Assembly: GCA_051531975.1 (NCBI GenBank)
Contig: JAOPTT010000002.1
Coordinates: 409,968-473,967 of the forward strand
Source: Spirochaetaceae bacterium
GTDB lineage: Bacteria; Spirochaetota; Spirochaetia; DSM-2461
Reading direction: 5' to 3'
DNA length: 64,000 bases
In this document: positions 10,203 to 19,572 of the stretch, piece after piece
Layout: each line of letters opens with the position of its first letter
How positions within the stretch are numbered: position 1 is the first letter of the stretch
The notes under the pieces: generated by a model
Database searches by the model: none
Told to the model about the DNA's origin: nothing
What the model saw: the letters and a program-made list of their open reading frames with translations, nothing else
Program-made: the position numbers and the translations under genes

Positions 10203-11939
10203 CTAAAGTTCTTCGATATATGTGTTTATATCCCTAACCTCTTTATTTTGTAGTAAGTCGTAAACTTCAGCTGCACTTTTTGCGGTCAAAAGACGCTTCT
10301 GGTATAGTGGGTCCTCTGTAAATATTTTTGCAACTGCTCCTAAAAGCTGAACGTGGAGATTATTCATTCCTTCGGGTGTTGCTATTAAGATTACAATTTC
10401 AACAGGTTCACCATCTAAAGATTCCCAATCGACAGGTTTGTTACACAGACCTATGACACCCATAAGCTTCTCTCTTTTGTGAATTCTTGCATGAGGGATA
10501 GCCATCTTTCTACCTAATCCCGTGCTAAAATCCTTTTCTCTGTCCATTATACCTTTTAATAGTTCTTCTTTAGTAATTGAGTGTAGATGGTTTGTTTTTA
10601 CTAAAAAGTCGGTCATCTGCTCTATAGCATGCCATTTATCTTTTGCCTCTAAATTTAATAGTATGTATTCCTCTTGTAAGAAATCTATTAATCTTGGAGT
10701 TGCTTGCCCTGTCTCTTTAGATAGATCAAAACTTTTAGATGTAGTAAAAGGTCCAATAATCTCATTAACTGCTACAGCTGCTAATACAATAGTTGAAACA
10801 GTTGCTGTAATATCTCCTAATATTGGATATTTTGAAAGATTAATTACAAGACCAATTGCTAACCCAGCTTGGGGTACTAAACCAATTCCCAAATATCGCC
10901 CAATACTCTGGGGATAGTTAAATATTTTACTAGCAGTAAACGCACCTAATGTCTTTGCTATAATTCTCATTATAATAAAAGCCGCACCTGCAATTCCTGC
11001 AATTTTAAGCTTATTCAAGTCTAAATGTGCTCCAGCAAGAGTAAAAAAAACTGAAAATATTAGACCATTAACATTAGAAAATACATTGGTAACTTTTTTT
11101 GCGTGGTAGCTTAAGTTACAAAATGTTACACCCATTGTAAGGTTAACTAGAAGTGGAGATATTTTAAAATATCTACAAGATATTATATTAAAAAATATTG
11201 CTAAAAATACAGTTGTAAACATCTCAGCTTTATTGTGCTGGTGTTTAGTTATAAATGTAATTATTCCACCAATTGCGATACCAAATAAAATTGTTCCTAA
11301 TACAACTAATAAAGGTTTACCTATACCAATTAGTAAATTTTGCTCTACGTCACTACTTTTTAAAATTGAGATTGCCTTTACAATTTCAAAAACTAAAATA
11401 GTCGCAAAGTTATTTAAAGCCACAACTCCAACAAGAGTTTTTGTAAATACACCTCTGGCGAACTTTTTTTGTATTAAACTTACAACCGTTCCAGGGGCTG
11501 TAGCTATTGCGATTGAAGATAACAGAAGACATATTCTAAAATCTATCTTTAATACAAAGTATAGAACTACAAATACAAGTCCATATGTAAAAGTTGTATC
11601 AAAGAGAGCTAAGTTAACTATTCTCTTACCTGAATTATGCAAAAGTTTATAACTTAAATGAGTTCCAATACTAAATGTCATAATTCCAAGAGCAATATCG
11701 CTAATAAACTTAAGGGATTCTAAATCATGTTCAGAGAATATAGTTAAATCGCCAGTTCCAAAAATAGGTCCTAAAATAAGATAACCTGATGGCCCTATAA
11801 TTAATCCCAATAGTACCTGTCCGGTTATATCTGGAAGCTTTATTTTATGAAAAAAGTTCCCTACAATTAGTCCTACAAAAGCTACAATTAAAAATGTAAC
11901 CTCCGGGCTTAGATGATCTGGTAATAAAGTATGTTCCAT
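10203..11939 (-). CDS. Cation:proton antiporter (CPA2-like) fused to a C-terminal PTS EIIA (Ntr/Fru-type) domain
   Basis: Many TM helices, ATAPG, GLVPQAGLAIG; C-terminal REKDFSTGLG..AIPHAR. Confidence 0.88.
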   Translation of the reverse strand: MEHTLLPDHLSPEVTFLIVAFVGLIVGNFFHKIKLPDITGQVLLGLIIGPSGYLILGPIFGTGDLTIFSEHDLESLKFISDIALGIMTFSIGTHLSYKLLHNSGKRIVNLALFDTTFTYGLVFVVLYFVLKIDFRICLLLSSIAIATAPGTVVSLIQKKFARGVFTKTLVGVVALNNFATILVFEIVKAISILKSSDVEQNLLIGIGKPLLVVLGTILFGIAIGGIITFITKHQHNKAEMFTTVFLAIFFNIISCRYFKISPLLVNLTMGVTFCNLSYHAKKVTNVFSNVNGLIFSVFFTLAGAHLDLNKLKIAGIAGAAFIIMRIIAKTLGAFTASKIFNYPQSIGRYLGIGLVPQAGLAIGLVINLSKYPILGDITATVSTIVLAAVAVNEIIGPFTTSKSFDLSKETGQATPRLIDFLQEEYILLNLEAKDKWHAIEQMTDFLVKTNHLHSITKEELLKGIMDREKDFSTGLGRKMAIPHARIHKREKLMGVIGLCNKPVDWESLDGEPVEIVILIATPEGMNNLHVQLLGAVAKIFTEDPLYQKRLLTAKSAAEVYDLLQNKEVRDINTYIEEL

Positions 11940-12002
11940 AGTTTAAACAATAATGCAGTATCTCTATATAGACAAGTAGAAAGTATAAATTACAAGTATT
12001 GA

Positions 12003-12788
12003 TTATGGTTTATTATTAAATTCTAAAGATTTGTCAATTACATTGTTAATAATGTCGGGGAACTGTTTTTGTATAATATTTACACCAACTTCTGTTAAAC
12101 CGCCCTTTGTTGCAACTGTGTTTATTAATTCTTTATAGGTTATAGTTTCAAAGCTTAATTGCTGAACTGTAGATAATAATGTTTTATTTAAAACATCTGA
12201 AATGGTCTCTTTAGGTAAATCTGTGTTTTCTGAAAAACTAGTTGATATAACGTCCAAAAGTGCAGAATATAATCCAGGACCGCAACTTGTTAAGAGTGTT
12301 AATATTCCAAAATCACTTTCTTTTACAAACATAGGTTCAGATATAAATGAAAATAGTTTGTGTAAAGCTAATCTTTCAGATGTTGATACCTTTGAATTTG
12401 GACATAGAAGAGTATACCCTCCTAAAGCAACTGTAGGCATGATTCTAGTAATTTTACCAGAATACCAACTCTCCATAGTTTCTATACTTAATTTATTAGA
12501 AGCAGATATAAAATGGATCTCTGTACCATATAACAGTTCTAAAATATCTTTTTGATTCTGAGCGTGAACGCAGGATATTATAGTATCTACCTGAGAGAGC
12601 ATATCTTTAAATTCTAACACTACTGATATATCAGGATACTTCTCTTTAAAAAAATCTGCTTTGGCAGTAGTTCTGTTATATATAACAACATCTTTTGAAT
12701 TAATACCTTTTTGATTTAAAAGGTGTTTTAGTAGAACTCCACCCATATGCCCAAGACCTATAAAGCCAATTTTATTCATAATGTTCAC
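12003..12788 (-). CDS. proC: Pyrroline-5-carboxylate reductase family protein (ProC/ComER-like)
   Basis: IGFIGLGHMG, RIMP, LTSCGPG, VATKGGLTEVG. Confidence 0.75.
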   Translation of the reverse strand: MNIMNKIGFIGLGHMGGVLLKHLLNQKGINSKDVVIYNRTTAKADFFKEKYPDISVVLEFKDMLSQVDTIISCVHAQNQKDILELLYGTEIHFISASNKLSIETMESWYSGKITRIMPTVALGGYTLLCPNSKVSTSERLALHKLFSFISEPMFVKESDFGILTLLTSCGPGLYSALLDVISTSFSENTDLPKETISDVLNKTLLSTVQQLSFETITYKELINTVATKGGLTEVGVNIIQKQFPDIINNVIDKSLEFNNKP

Positions 12789-12817
12789 CTATATTAAGAT
12801 AATCAAACTTATTTAAC

Positions 12818-12846
12818 AAAAAAAAACTACCAGCTAAAACTGGTAG
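12818..12846 (-). terminator. Rho-independent terminator of the partner-switch operon
   Basis: CTACCAG-6nt-CTGGTAG hairpin followed by 9 T on the - strand. Confidence 0.75.
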
Positions 12847-12866
12847 CTATTTAAAAATTAAATAAG

Positions 12867-14942
12867 TTAATTCTTTTTAATTATTACCATTGAGATATCA
12901 TCTGATAGATTACCACCATTTTGTTTAATATCACCTTTCTTTGCATAACTCATGACCTCACCTTTTATAAGGTCTAATATAACTCCAGGTTCAGAATCAC
13001 AATTTTCGAACAATAAGGCTTCTACATTTTCGACACCATACTGTACAGCGTTTTCATCCTTTGCCTCTATCACACCATCTGTATAAAGAACTAAGATATC
13101 ACCACTTTCAAGAGTAAGACTTCCTTTAGATGTCTCTGATTTTATATATTCAGATAAACCTAAGAAAGCTGTTTTTTCTGTAAATCCCCTGTGCAGTATA
13201 ACTTCATTATTCTTTTTACAATACTGAATGGCAACTTCATGGGCTCCAGCATAGTGAAGAACTCCATCTTCTTCTCTTAGAATATTTCCAGTCATGAATT
13301 TATCACTACCAATTCTATCTCTGTTAATTTTACATAAAACTCTATTAACAATATCGTATACTTTATCAGGATCTAACTGTTTATCTAAAACTTCAGATGC
13401 GTCTAGAGCTGCATGTATAGATGCTAAGAAAATTAGTGCCGTAATTCCTGAAGGTAAACCATGTCCACTTACATCTCCAATACTAAAATAATTACCAAAT
13501 TTATTGGTTACAAAATCGTATGCATCACCACCAACTTCTGTAGCAGTAACCATATCACATGCAACACTATAACCATCTAGTTCTATTGATTTAGGAACAA
13601 TTGAAGTCTGGATATCTTTAGCAATGTTCATCTCTCCAATTAATCTATTTCTATCTTCTTGTATTTGTTTACCATTAATTATTGAGAAAACTGTATTTAA
13701 AGTATAACCCTGATTTTTTAACATCTTCTTCTCAAAATAATAAAGTTGACTATATTTATCCTTAAAAACTACCTGAAAGCCTGCAATTCTATCCTCATTA
13801 AATATAGGAACAAAGGAAATACATTTTTGTAACCCATTAAAACAGGTCGGGATATCATCCATTTCAATAATTTCTTTCTTTTCGATTATTAACTTAAGAT
13901 ACTTCTCACCAAAGTTTTTCATTTCACTTATTGGAGTTTCTAAAATATAGTCTAGATTAAATTTTGTCTCAGAAAGTTTTTTATGAATATTATCATGAGA
14001 TATCTTTTTAATGGATATAACAGGCTCTAAAGGGGTGCAATACCCCATGATCATATCATCATGGTCTATCTTAAATACACCATTATACAGACGAAAGGTT
14101 ACAATACCAGTTATCCCATAACTTTCCATAACTAAGTCACGTTTCATATTGGCGAGCATACCCTTGGTTAAATTAACAATAATTTCTGAATCCTCTTCAG
14201 CAGAACTTAAAATAACTTTGTTAATTAATTTACCATTCTCTTTCCTAATTTTATTCTGATTATTAAGCATAAATTGCATATGTTTTGTTCTAAAATATAC
14301 ATACTCTTCGTAACTTCGTATTATAAATATTAGATTCAAAATTATCAGTGTAGAAAACTGAATAGGTTTATCTCCCGTATAACTTATTACTACAAGAAAT
14401 AGTCCATAAGTCATAAATATTAATAGTACTACAAAAGGATAATTTTTTTTCCGTAAAACACCTTTTCTAAAATTAAATACACTAGCTAGAATTTGAAAGT
14501 TTGCTACCGCTAAAGAAGAAATAGAAACAATCAATAATGTAAGCATATTAATCTTAGTATTTAAAATAACGCCTACAAAAAAGATTAAAACTGAAATAGC
14601 TGAAATTATAATAAATAGTTTATACTTCTTGAGTGAATTATTTACATCGTCGGTTAAAAAGCTTAGTTTTATCCTTTGAGCATGAACAGAAACTTCAAGA
14701 AACAGAAGTGCCAATGAATACAATAATGCAACCACGATAAATATTGGTGCATATAATTTTACATTTGTTAGAGGTCTTATTGTAATAAACGTTGTTATCC
14801 CACCAATTAAAACAAATAAAATTGATGATATTAACAGATATTTCCAACGATCTCCATACTCTCTTTTATTCTTAATGTCTAAAGTCATATTAAAACCTAA
14901 AACAATAACAACTATGAATGTGAAAAGATAAAAATTATTCAT
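12867..14942 (-). CDS. Membrane-anchored SpoIIE/RsbU-type PP2C phosphatase
   Basis: About 6-7 N-terminal TM helices; AKDIQ, VGGDAYD, GDVSGHG, LYTDGVIEA, DDIS. Confidence 0.9.
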   Translation of the reverse strand: MNNFYLFTFIVVIVLGFNMTLDIKNKREYGDRWKYLLISSILFVLIGGITTFITIRPLTNVKLYAPIFIVVALLYSLALLFLEVSVHAQRIKLSFLTDDVNNSLKKYKLFIIISAISVLIFFVGVILNTKINMLTLLIVSISSLAVANFQILASVFNFRKGVLRKKNYPFVVLLIFMTYGLFLVVISYTGDKPIQFSTLIILNLIFIIRSYEEYVYFRTKHMQFMLNNQNKIRKENGKLINKVILSSAEEDSEIIVNLTKGMLANMKRDLVMESYGITGIVTFRLYNGVFKIDHDDMIMGYCTPLEPVISIKKISHDNIHKKLSETKFNLDYILETPISEMKNFGEKYLKLIIEKKEIIEMDDIPTCFNGLQKCISFVPIFNEDRIAGFQVVFKDKYSQLYYFEKKMLKNQGYTLNTVFSIINGKQIQEDRNRLIGEMNIAKDIQTSIVPKSIELDGYSVACDMVTATEVGGDAYDFVTNKFGNYFSIGDVSGHGLPSGITALIFLASIHAALDASEVLDKQLDPDKVYDIVNRVLCKINRDRIGSDKFMTGNILREEDGVLHYAGAHEVAIQYCKKNNEVILHRGFTEKTAFLGLSEYIKSETSKGSLTLESGDILVLYTDGVIEAKDENAVQYGVENVEALLFENCDSEPGVILDLIKGEVMSYAKKGDIKQNGGNLSDDISMVIIKKN

Positions 14943-16039
14943 TATTCCCCCTTAAAACTATCATTAAATAGTGTATTCATATCAGTAGAAATTTTTAGCA
15001 TATTATTTCGGCATAAACTTAATTGGCCTTGTTCATTGTTTACTTTTACATTTAAATATTCTAATAAATCGTCTACAGATTCTCTAAGTGTTACAAAGCT
15101 TTTAGATTGTTCATCAGTAGTATCTTTTGCAGAGTCACTTACTGTATTTATAATTTCTACAGATAATAGTACTCCCTGTAGGGCTCCTGCCACATCTCTA
15201 AGCTCTGACTCTTCTGCTTCGATGGCCCTTCCAGCCTCTTTAATCTCTACAGCAACTTTTTTTACTGAATCTTGAACTTCACTTACATGTACATCAATGT
15301 CACTTAGTGATTTATCTGTATTAACTGCAAGATTTCTAATTTCTTTAGCTACTACTTTAAATCCTTTTCCATGTATACCTGCTCTAGCTGAAACAATGGA
15401 TGCATTAATAGAAAGGATGTGAACCATAGAAGATATATTAGACATAATGTCTAGGATCTTAGTAATCTCTTTTGATTTTGTATCTAATTCTTCTGTAACT
15501 AAAATAGCTTTTTCTAATGTTTTTGCTACATAAGCTACAGATTGTTTAACACTATTTGCTAAATCAAATGCAGTTTTTGCTGTTTTAGCAACATTATCAG
15601 AAATTGTAAAAATTTGTGTAACTCCTCCCTTAATTATAGAGGAGTTACCAGATGCTTCTGAAATATGAGGTATAAGTTTATTGGTAAGTTCATCCAATTT
15701 ATTATCGTTTTTATCTAAATCCACCGAGTCTATTAAAGAATAGATCTGTTGAAAGCATTCATCAAATTTACCTGTATCAACATTTTCTCTCTTTTGTGAA
15801 GTTTCAATTTCTTCTGCTAAACTATTGTCATTGTCAATTAATGTATCTATCTGCATTTCAGTTTTTATCGAAGTATCTGCGTCTTTCTTTATATCTTTTA
15901 TATATTTTCTTTTGATAAATATAAAATCTAACAAATATAAAACAATAAATAATGAAGCTTTTACAACACCACTAAAGGGAAGAAAAATAATCAAAAGAGT
16001 AAGTGGTAATAATATAAAGAATAAACTAACCTTTCTCAT
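14942..16039 (-). CDS. Methyl-accepting chemotaxis-like protein without a periplasmic sensor
   Basis: TM hairpin, then ILSINASIVSARAGIHGKGFKVVAKEIRNLA signalling tip. Confidence 0.8.
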   Translation of the reverse strand: MRKVSLFFILLPLTLLIIFLPFSGVVKASLFIVLYLLDFIFIKRKYIKDIKKDADTSIKTEMQIDTLIDNDNSLAEEIETSQKRENVDTGKFDECFQQIYSLIDSVDLDKNDNKLDELTNKLIPHISEASGNSSIIKGGVTQIFTISDNVAKTAKTAFDLANSVKQSVAYVAKTLEKAILVTEELDTKSKEITKILDIMSNISSMVHILSINASIVSARAGIHGKGFKVVAKEIRNLAVNTDKSLSDIDVHVSEVQDSVKKVAVEIKEAGRAIEAEESELRDVAGALQGVLLSVEIINTVSDSAKDTTDEQSKSFVTLRESVDDLLEYLNVKVNNEQGQLSLCRNNMLKISTDMNTLFNDSFKGE

Positions 16040-16053
16040 AAATTCTCCTATAA

Positions 16054-16431
16054 CTATACAATGACTACATCAGGAACTAAGAATTTCAATGTAGGTAGAC
16101 TAGTTGCCTGCCACGCAACGGATTTATCATATTCAATTTTTATCTTATATTGCTGATCTGCAGGTACTGCAGCTAAAAGCATAATCCATTTAGCAATTGC
16201 TTTAATTCCACTTGAATTTAAGAATGCTAACTTTGTGAAATCACCAACAACTGTATTAAATTTACCTGCAACAGCACCATCATGAATACCTTTAAAAAAA
16301 GGATTTAAAATTACACTAGGATCTGCAAGATCTATATCACCATTAAAAACAACAGAGACACCATCACTTGTATCATTTACTACTACTGAAAACTTTGCTT
16401 CTTTTATATTATCTATACTTATTTTTCCCAT
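16054..16431 (-). CDS. STAS-like anti-anti-sigma protein (slr1659-like)
   Basis: DFTKLAFLNSSGI phospho-Ser motif, WQATSLPTL. Confidence 0.75.
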   Translation of the reverse strand: MGKISIDNIKEAKFSVVVNDTSDGVSVVFNGDIDLADPSVILNPFFKGIHDGAVAGKFNTVVGDFTKLAFLNSSGIKAIAKWIMLLAAVPADQQYKIKIEYDKSVAWQATSLPTLKFLVPDVVIV

Positions 16432-16441
16432 ATTATCTCCT

Positions 16442-16924
16442 TTACATTACAATTCTAAGACTTATTTTATTATCTTCTGAAATTTTCATGTCTAGCTGTG
16501 CTCCAGCTTCAAACCTTATTCTAGCAAGTCCAAGTTGACTTTTACCATCATCCCTTGTTGCTGCTAATTTCATCTGTTCTACATATGCTTCCATAGGTGT
16601 CCCTATCATAACTTTATCATATAACACTTGTAAGCCACTAATAGCCTCATCAGATGCAAAATTTTCGACTATCCCTGTCAATGTACCATTTACTTTATCA
16701 ACATGAACAAACAAATATGGTTTATTATTAGTGGAGTATTTAATTGCATTTTCTAAAAGTTCACTAATAGATGTTGAGAAATGATCTGACCGAGCTTGAT
16801 CCCCAGAGCTTATTAAAACAAAGTTTTGTATAAATTGTCTAGTAATGGAAATATAATTCCAATTTGCACCAAATGTCATCTCGATGCATTCGCCATCTTT
16901 TTCAAGTATTTCTTTATCGAACAT
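16442..16924 (-). CDS. Anti-sigma/Ser-kinase GHKL-like protein (slr1658-like)
   Basis: SELLENAIKYS N-box, PMEAYVEQM, SQLGLARI. Confidence 0.72.
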   Translation of the reverse strand: MFDKEILEKDGECIEMTFGANWNYISITRQFIQNFVLISSGDQARSDHFSTSISELLENAIKYSTNNKPYLFVHVDKVNGTLTGIVENFASDEAISGLQVLYDKVMIGTPMEAYVEQMKLAATRDDGKSQLGLARIRFEAGAQLDMKISEDNKISLRIVM

Positions 16925-16943
16925 GAGTGTCCTCCTTTTATTT

Positions 16944-16971
16944 ATTATACGGGGTATTTCATATAACGCAA
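16944..16971 (-). promoter_or_regulatory. Sigma70-type promoter of the partner-switch operon
   Basis: TTGCGT-N16-TATAAT upstream of AAGGAGG RBS. Confidence 0.6.
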
Positions 16972-17005
16972 ATTAAAAAAGATTTTACAAAAGTAATTAC
17001 AGTCA

Positions 17006-17638
17006 TTATTTAATGAGATAAAATTCTATTTTTCTTCTGTTAAAACCTTTTCGGTACAATGATCCTAATATGAAGTCTTGAGTTTTGTTTTTTCTTTTAA
17101 GTTTATTTATACTATTAATAATTATTTTTTCTTCTATTTCGTCTGTATACAGATCGGACAGGATATCTTTAGCAATAACAGATGAGATACCTTTTTTCAT
17201 AAGTGCTGATAAAAGACCTGTATAACTATCTAGTTTTCCTGATAATCGACTTAAAACCCAGTTTGTAGCGTATTTATGATCATTTAAATAACCTTGATCC
17301 TCTAAATAATCTATAGCCTTTCTAATCCCTTCTGGATCTAGTTCTTTACTATGAAGTTTCCGTTTAAGATTGAATGTACTATATAGTTGTCTGGTTAATA
17401 GAGATAAACCTTTAATGTATGCCTCAACAAATAGAGACTCGGATTTCATTAAACTTAATAGATGAGAATCGACTTCTAAACCTTTAGCTAATTTGTTTGC
17501 TATAAAAAAGTCTACAGAAATAAAAAAAGAGGAACCATCCTCTAATAGGATTCGATATGAACCCTGGGATGTTCCTCTTTGACAAGACGTAATAGTAATG
17601 GTATTAACGTTTTGAGAATTGGAATTTTCTACGTGCAC
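17006..17638 (-). CDS. recX: Regulatory protein RecX (start uncertain)
   Basis: [32 protein letters not shown] three-helix repeats; nearest canonical start is GTG 17638 inside rpsI. Confidence 0.78.
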   Translation of the reverse strand: MHVENSNSQNVNTITITSCQRGTSQGSYRILLEDGSSFFISVDFFIANKLAKGLEVDSHLLSLMKSESLFVEAYIKGLSLLTRQLYSTFNLKRKLHSKELDPEGIRKAIDYLEDQGYLNDHKYATNWVLSRLSGKLDSYTGLLSALMKKGISSVIAKDILSDLYTDEIEEKIIINSINKLKRKNKTQDFILGSLYRKGFNRRKIEFYLIK

Positions 17639-17996
17639 CTTTCTGCCCGAATTTCTTTCTCTCAACCATTCTAGAGTCTCTTGTTAAGAAGCCATTAGCT
17701 TTTAACTTAGCTCTATTATTTTCGTCTAATTGAAGTAAAGCTCTAGATATACCATGTCTTATTGCACCTGCTTGACCGGAGATTCCTCCACCCTTAACAT
17801 TAATAAGAATATTGTATTTACCTAATGTTTCCGTTACGTTCAATGGTAGTTCAACTTGGATAACATGCTCTTCAACTGGAAAAAACTCTTTTACGTCTTT
17901 TCCATTAACTATAATAGTACCGTTGCCTTCTCTTAAATATACTCTGGCAACAGACGTTTTTCTTCTTCCTGTTCCGTGTGCTAAATTCTTAATCAC
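17604..17996 (-). CDS. rpsI: 30S ribosomal protein S9
   Basis: [34 protein letters not shown]. Confidence 0.98.
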   Translation of the reverse strand: MIKNLAHGTGRRKTSVARVYLREGNGTIIVNGKDVKEFFPVEEHVIQVELPLNVTETLGKYNILINVKGGGISGQAGAIRHGISRALLQLDENNRAKLKANGFLTRDSRMVERKKFGQKGARRKFQFSKR

Positions 17997-18009
17997 AATA
18001 TACTCCCAA

Positions 18010-18438
18010 TTACACTTCTACAGCTATTGGCTGTTGTGCTACATGTGGGTGAGTCTCACCTGCATATACTTTTAAATTTCTAAAAAGCTGATTTGCTAGT
18101 GCACCACTAGATAACATACCTTTAACTGCTTTTTCCATAGGAGCTGTTGGTCTTTTAGCCATTAGCGTCTCATAGCTATAAGCTTTTAAACCACCCATAA
18201 ATCTTGAGTGCTCATAGTACATCTTATCTTTTTTCTTGTTCGCAGAAAGAGTCGCTTTATCAGCATTGATAATAATAACATAATCTCCAACAACTTGGTG
18301 TGGAGTATAACAAGCTTTATGCTTTCCTCTTAATAACGTAGCTGCTTTAACGGCAACTTTACCTAATGTAACGTCCTTGGCATCAATAATATACCAGCTT
18401 CTGTCCACTTCAGCAGGTTTTACGAATATAGTTTTCAT
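18010..18438 (-). CDS. rplM: 50S ribosomal protein L13
   Basis: [33 protein letters not shown]. Confidence 0.98.
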   Translation of the reverse strand: MKTIFVKPAEVDRSWYIIDAKDVTLGKVAVKAATLLRGKHKACYTPHQVVGDYVIIINADKATLSANKKKDKMYYEHSRFMGGLKAYSYETLMAKRPTAPMEKAVKGMLSSGALANQLFRNLKVYAGETHPHVAQQPIAVEV

Positions 18439-18523
18439 TTTCTCTACCTTAATCTCAATCTTAATATAATTATAACTTGTAACGGGTGGTGAATAATCCC
18501 ATGAATGTAAATTAATGTCAACA

Positions 18524-18823
18524 TTAAAACTTTCTGATCCTTAATAAAAATAACAACATTCCAGTACCAAAAAATATAAATGGTAAAGTACCAAATACAA
18601 ATGGTAAAATTTCTATATCTCCGTACTGTAAAGACTTATATAATACGAGACCAAAAGATTCTAAAATTTCTAAAAGAGTCTCTAGATATAAAAAGATAAC
18701 ACCTAGAACCATTGTTAACCACGCAACGTCTCTGGTTTTAGACCACAATAAAAGTGATATAATTGTTGCTAAAAAACCAATAACTAATTTTATAGCTATT
18801 ATGACTACTACCTGGTTGGACAT
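18524..18823 (-). CDS. Small 3-TM membrane protein
   Basis: Hydrophobic ORF with GGAG RBS, same operon direction. Confidence 0.7.
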   Translation of the reverse strand: MSNQVVVIIAIKLVIGFLATIISLLLWSKTRDVAWLTMVLGVIFLYLETLLEILESFGLVLYKSLQYGDIEILPFVFGTLPFIFFGTGMLLFLLRIRKF

Positions 18824-18834
18824 AAGGTCTCCTT

Positions 18835-19560
18835 CTATTTTAAAAAATCTAATATTTTATTCTGTTCGCCTCTAGAAAAGTCAGGGGCTAATATAGCAAC
18901 CTGAGAACTGCTATTTAACATTATACCCTCTTTATTACCTTTAGCACACAACTCAAAATACTCTTTAGGATCTCTTTTTAATATAAGATATGGGGGTAAA
19001 AGTTCTGTATTTTGTATACTTTTAAAACTATTATAATTAGACCTATCAAACTTCTTATACTCTAAATCGTAGTCATATAAAGACCTTAATATACCGGATA
19101 ACAGTACTGGTGATATACTATCTGATTCTAGAGTGTGTTGTTTCTTACTAACCAAAACCGATGCTGTATTCAGACCTGGTAGAGGATATAAAACTACAAT
19201 ATTCTCTGAATTTGGTATATTTAGAAATGGTCTCCAAAATGCAAGTTTAACATCAAAACAATTTGAGTATAATGGGTCTAAAATTTCAGAATCAAAATAA
19301 GTACTTATTTTATCTTGGTAATTTACAATTGTAACATGTGGATGATCTGGAAATCTAATACTTAAATCTTTAATAAGTCTTTTAAGATAGATATTATCGT
19401 AGGGAGCATATAGTCCACGCTCTATTACATTTTTAATAGCTAAAGAAAGACCATTAGGTCTATGCCCTAAAACAGCTCGACCTTGGTCCATTGATAGATC
19501 TAAAATCTTATCTCCATCAGTTGTATATAATCTATGCCCACGGGCTCTTTTAATTATCAT
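18835..19560 (-). CDS. Degenerate class-III aminotransferase-like protein
   Basis: N-terminal RARGHRLYTTDGDKILDL...LGH typical of AT-III; only 241 aa. Confidence 0.6.
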   Translation of the reverse strand: MIIKRARGHRLYTTDGDKILDLSMDQGRAVLGHRPNGLSLAIKNVIERGLYAPYDNIYLKRLIKDLSIRFPDHPHVTIVNYQDKISTYFDSEILDPLYSNCFDVKLAFWRPFLNIPNSENIVVLYPLPGLNTASVLVSKKQHTLESDSISPVLLSGILRSLYDYDLEYKKFDRSNYNSFKSIQNTELLPPYLILKRDPKEYFELCAKGNKEGIMLNSSSQVAILAPDFSRGEQNKILDFLK

Positions 19561-19572
19561 GCGAATAAATCC

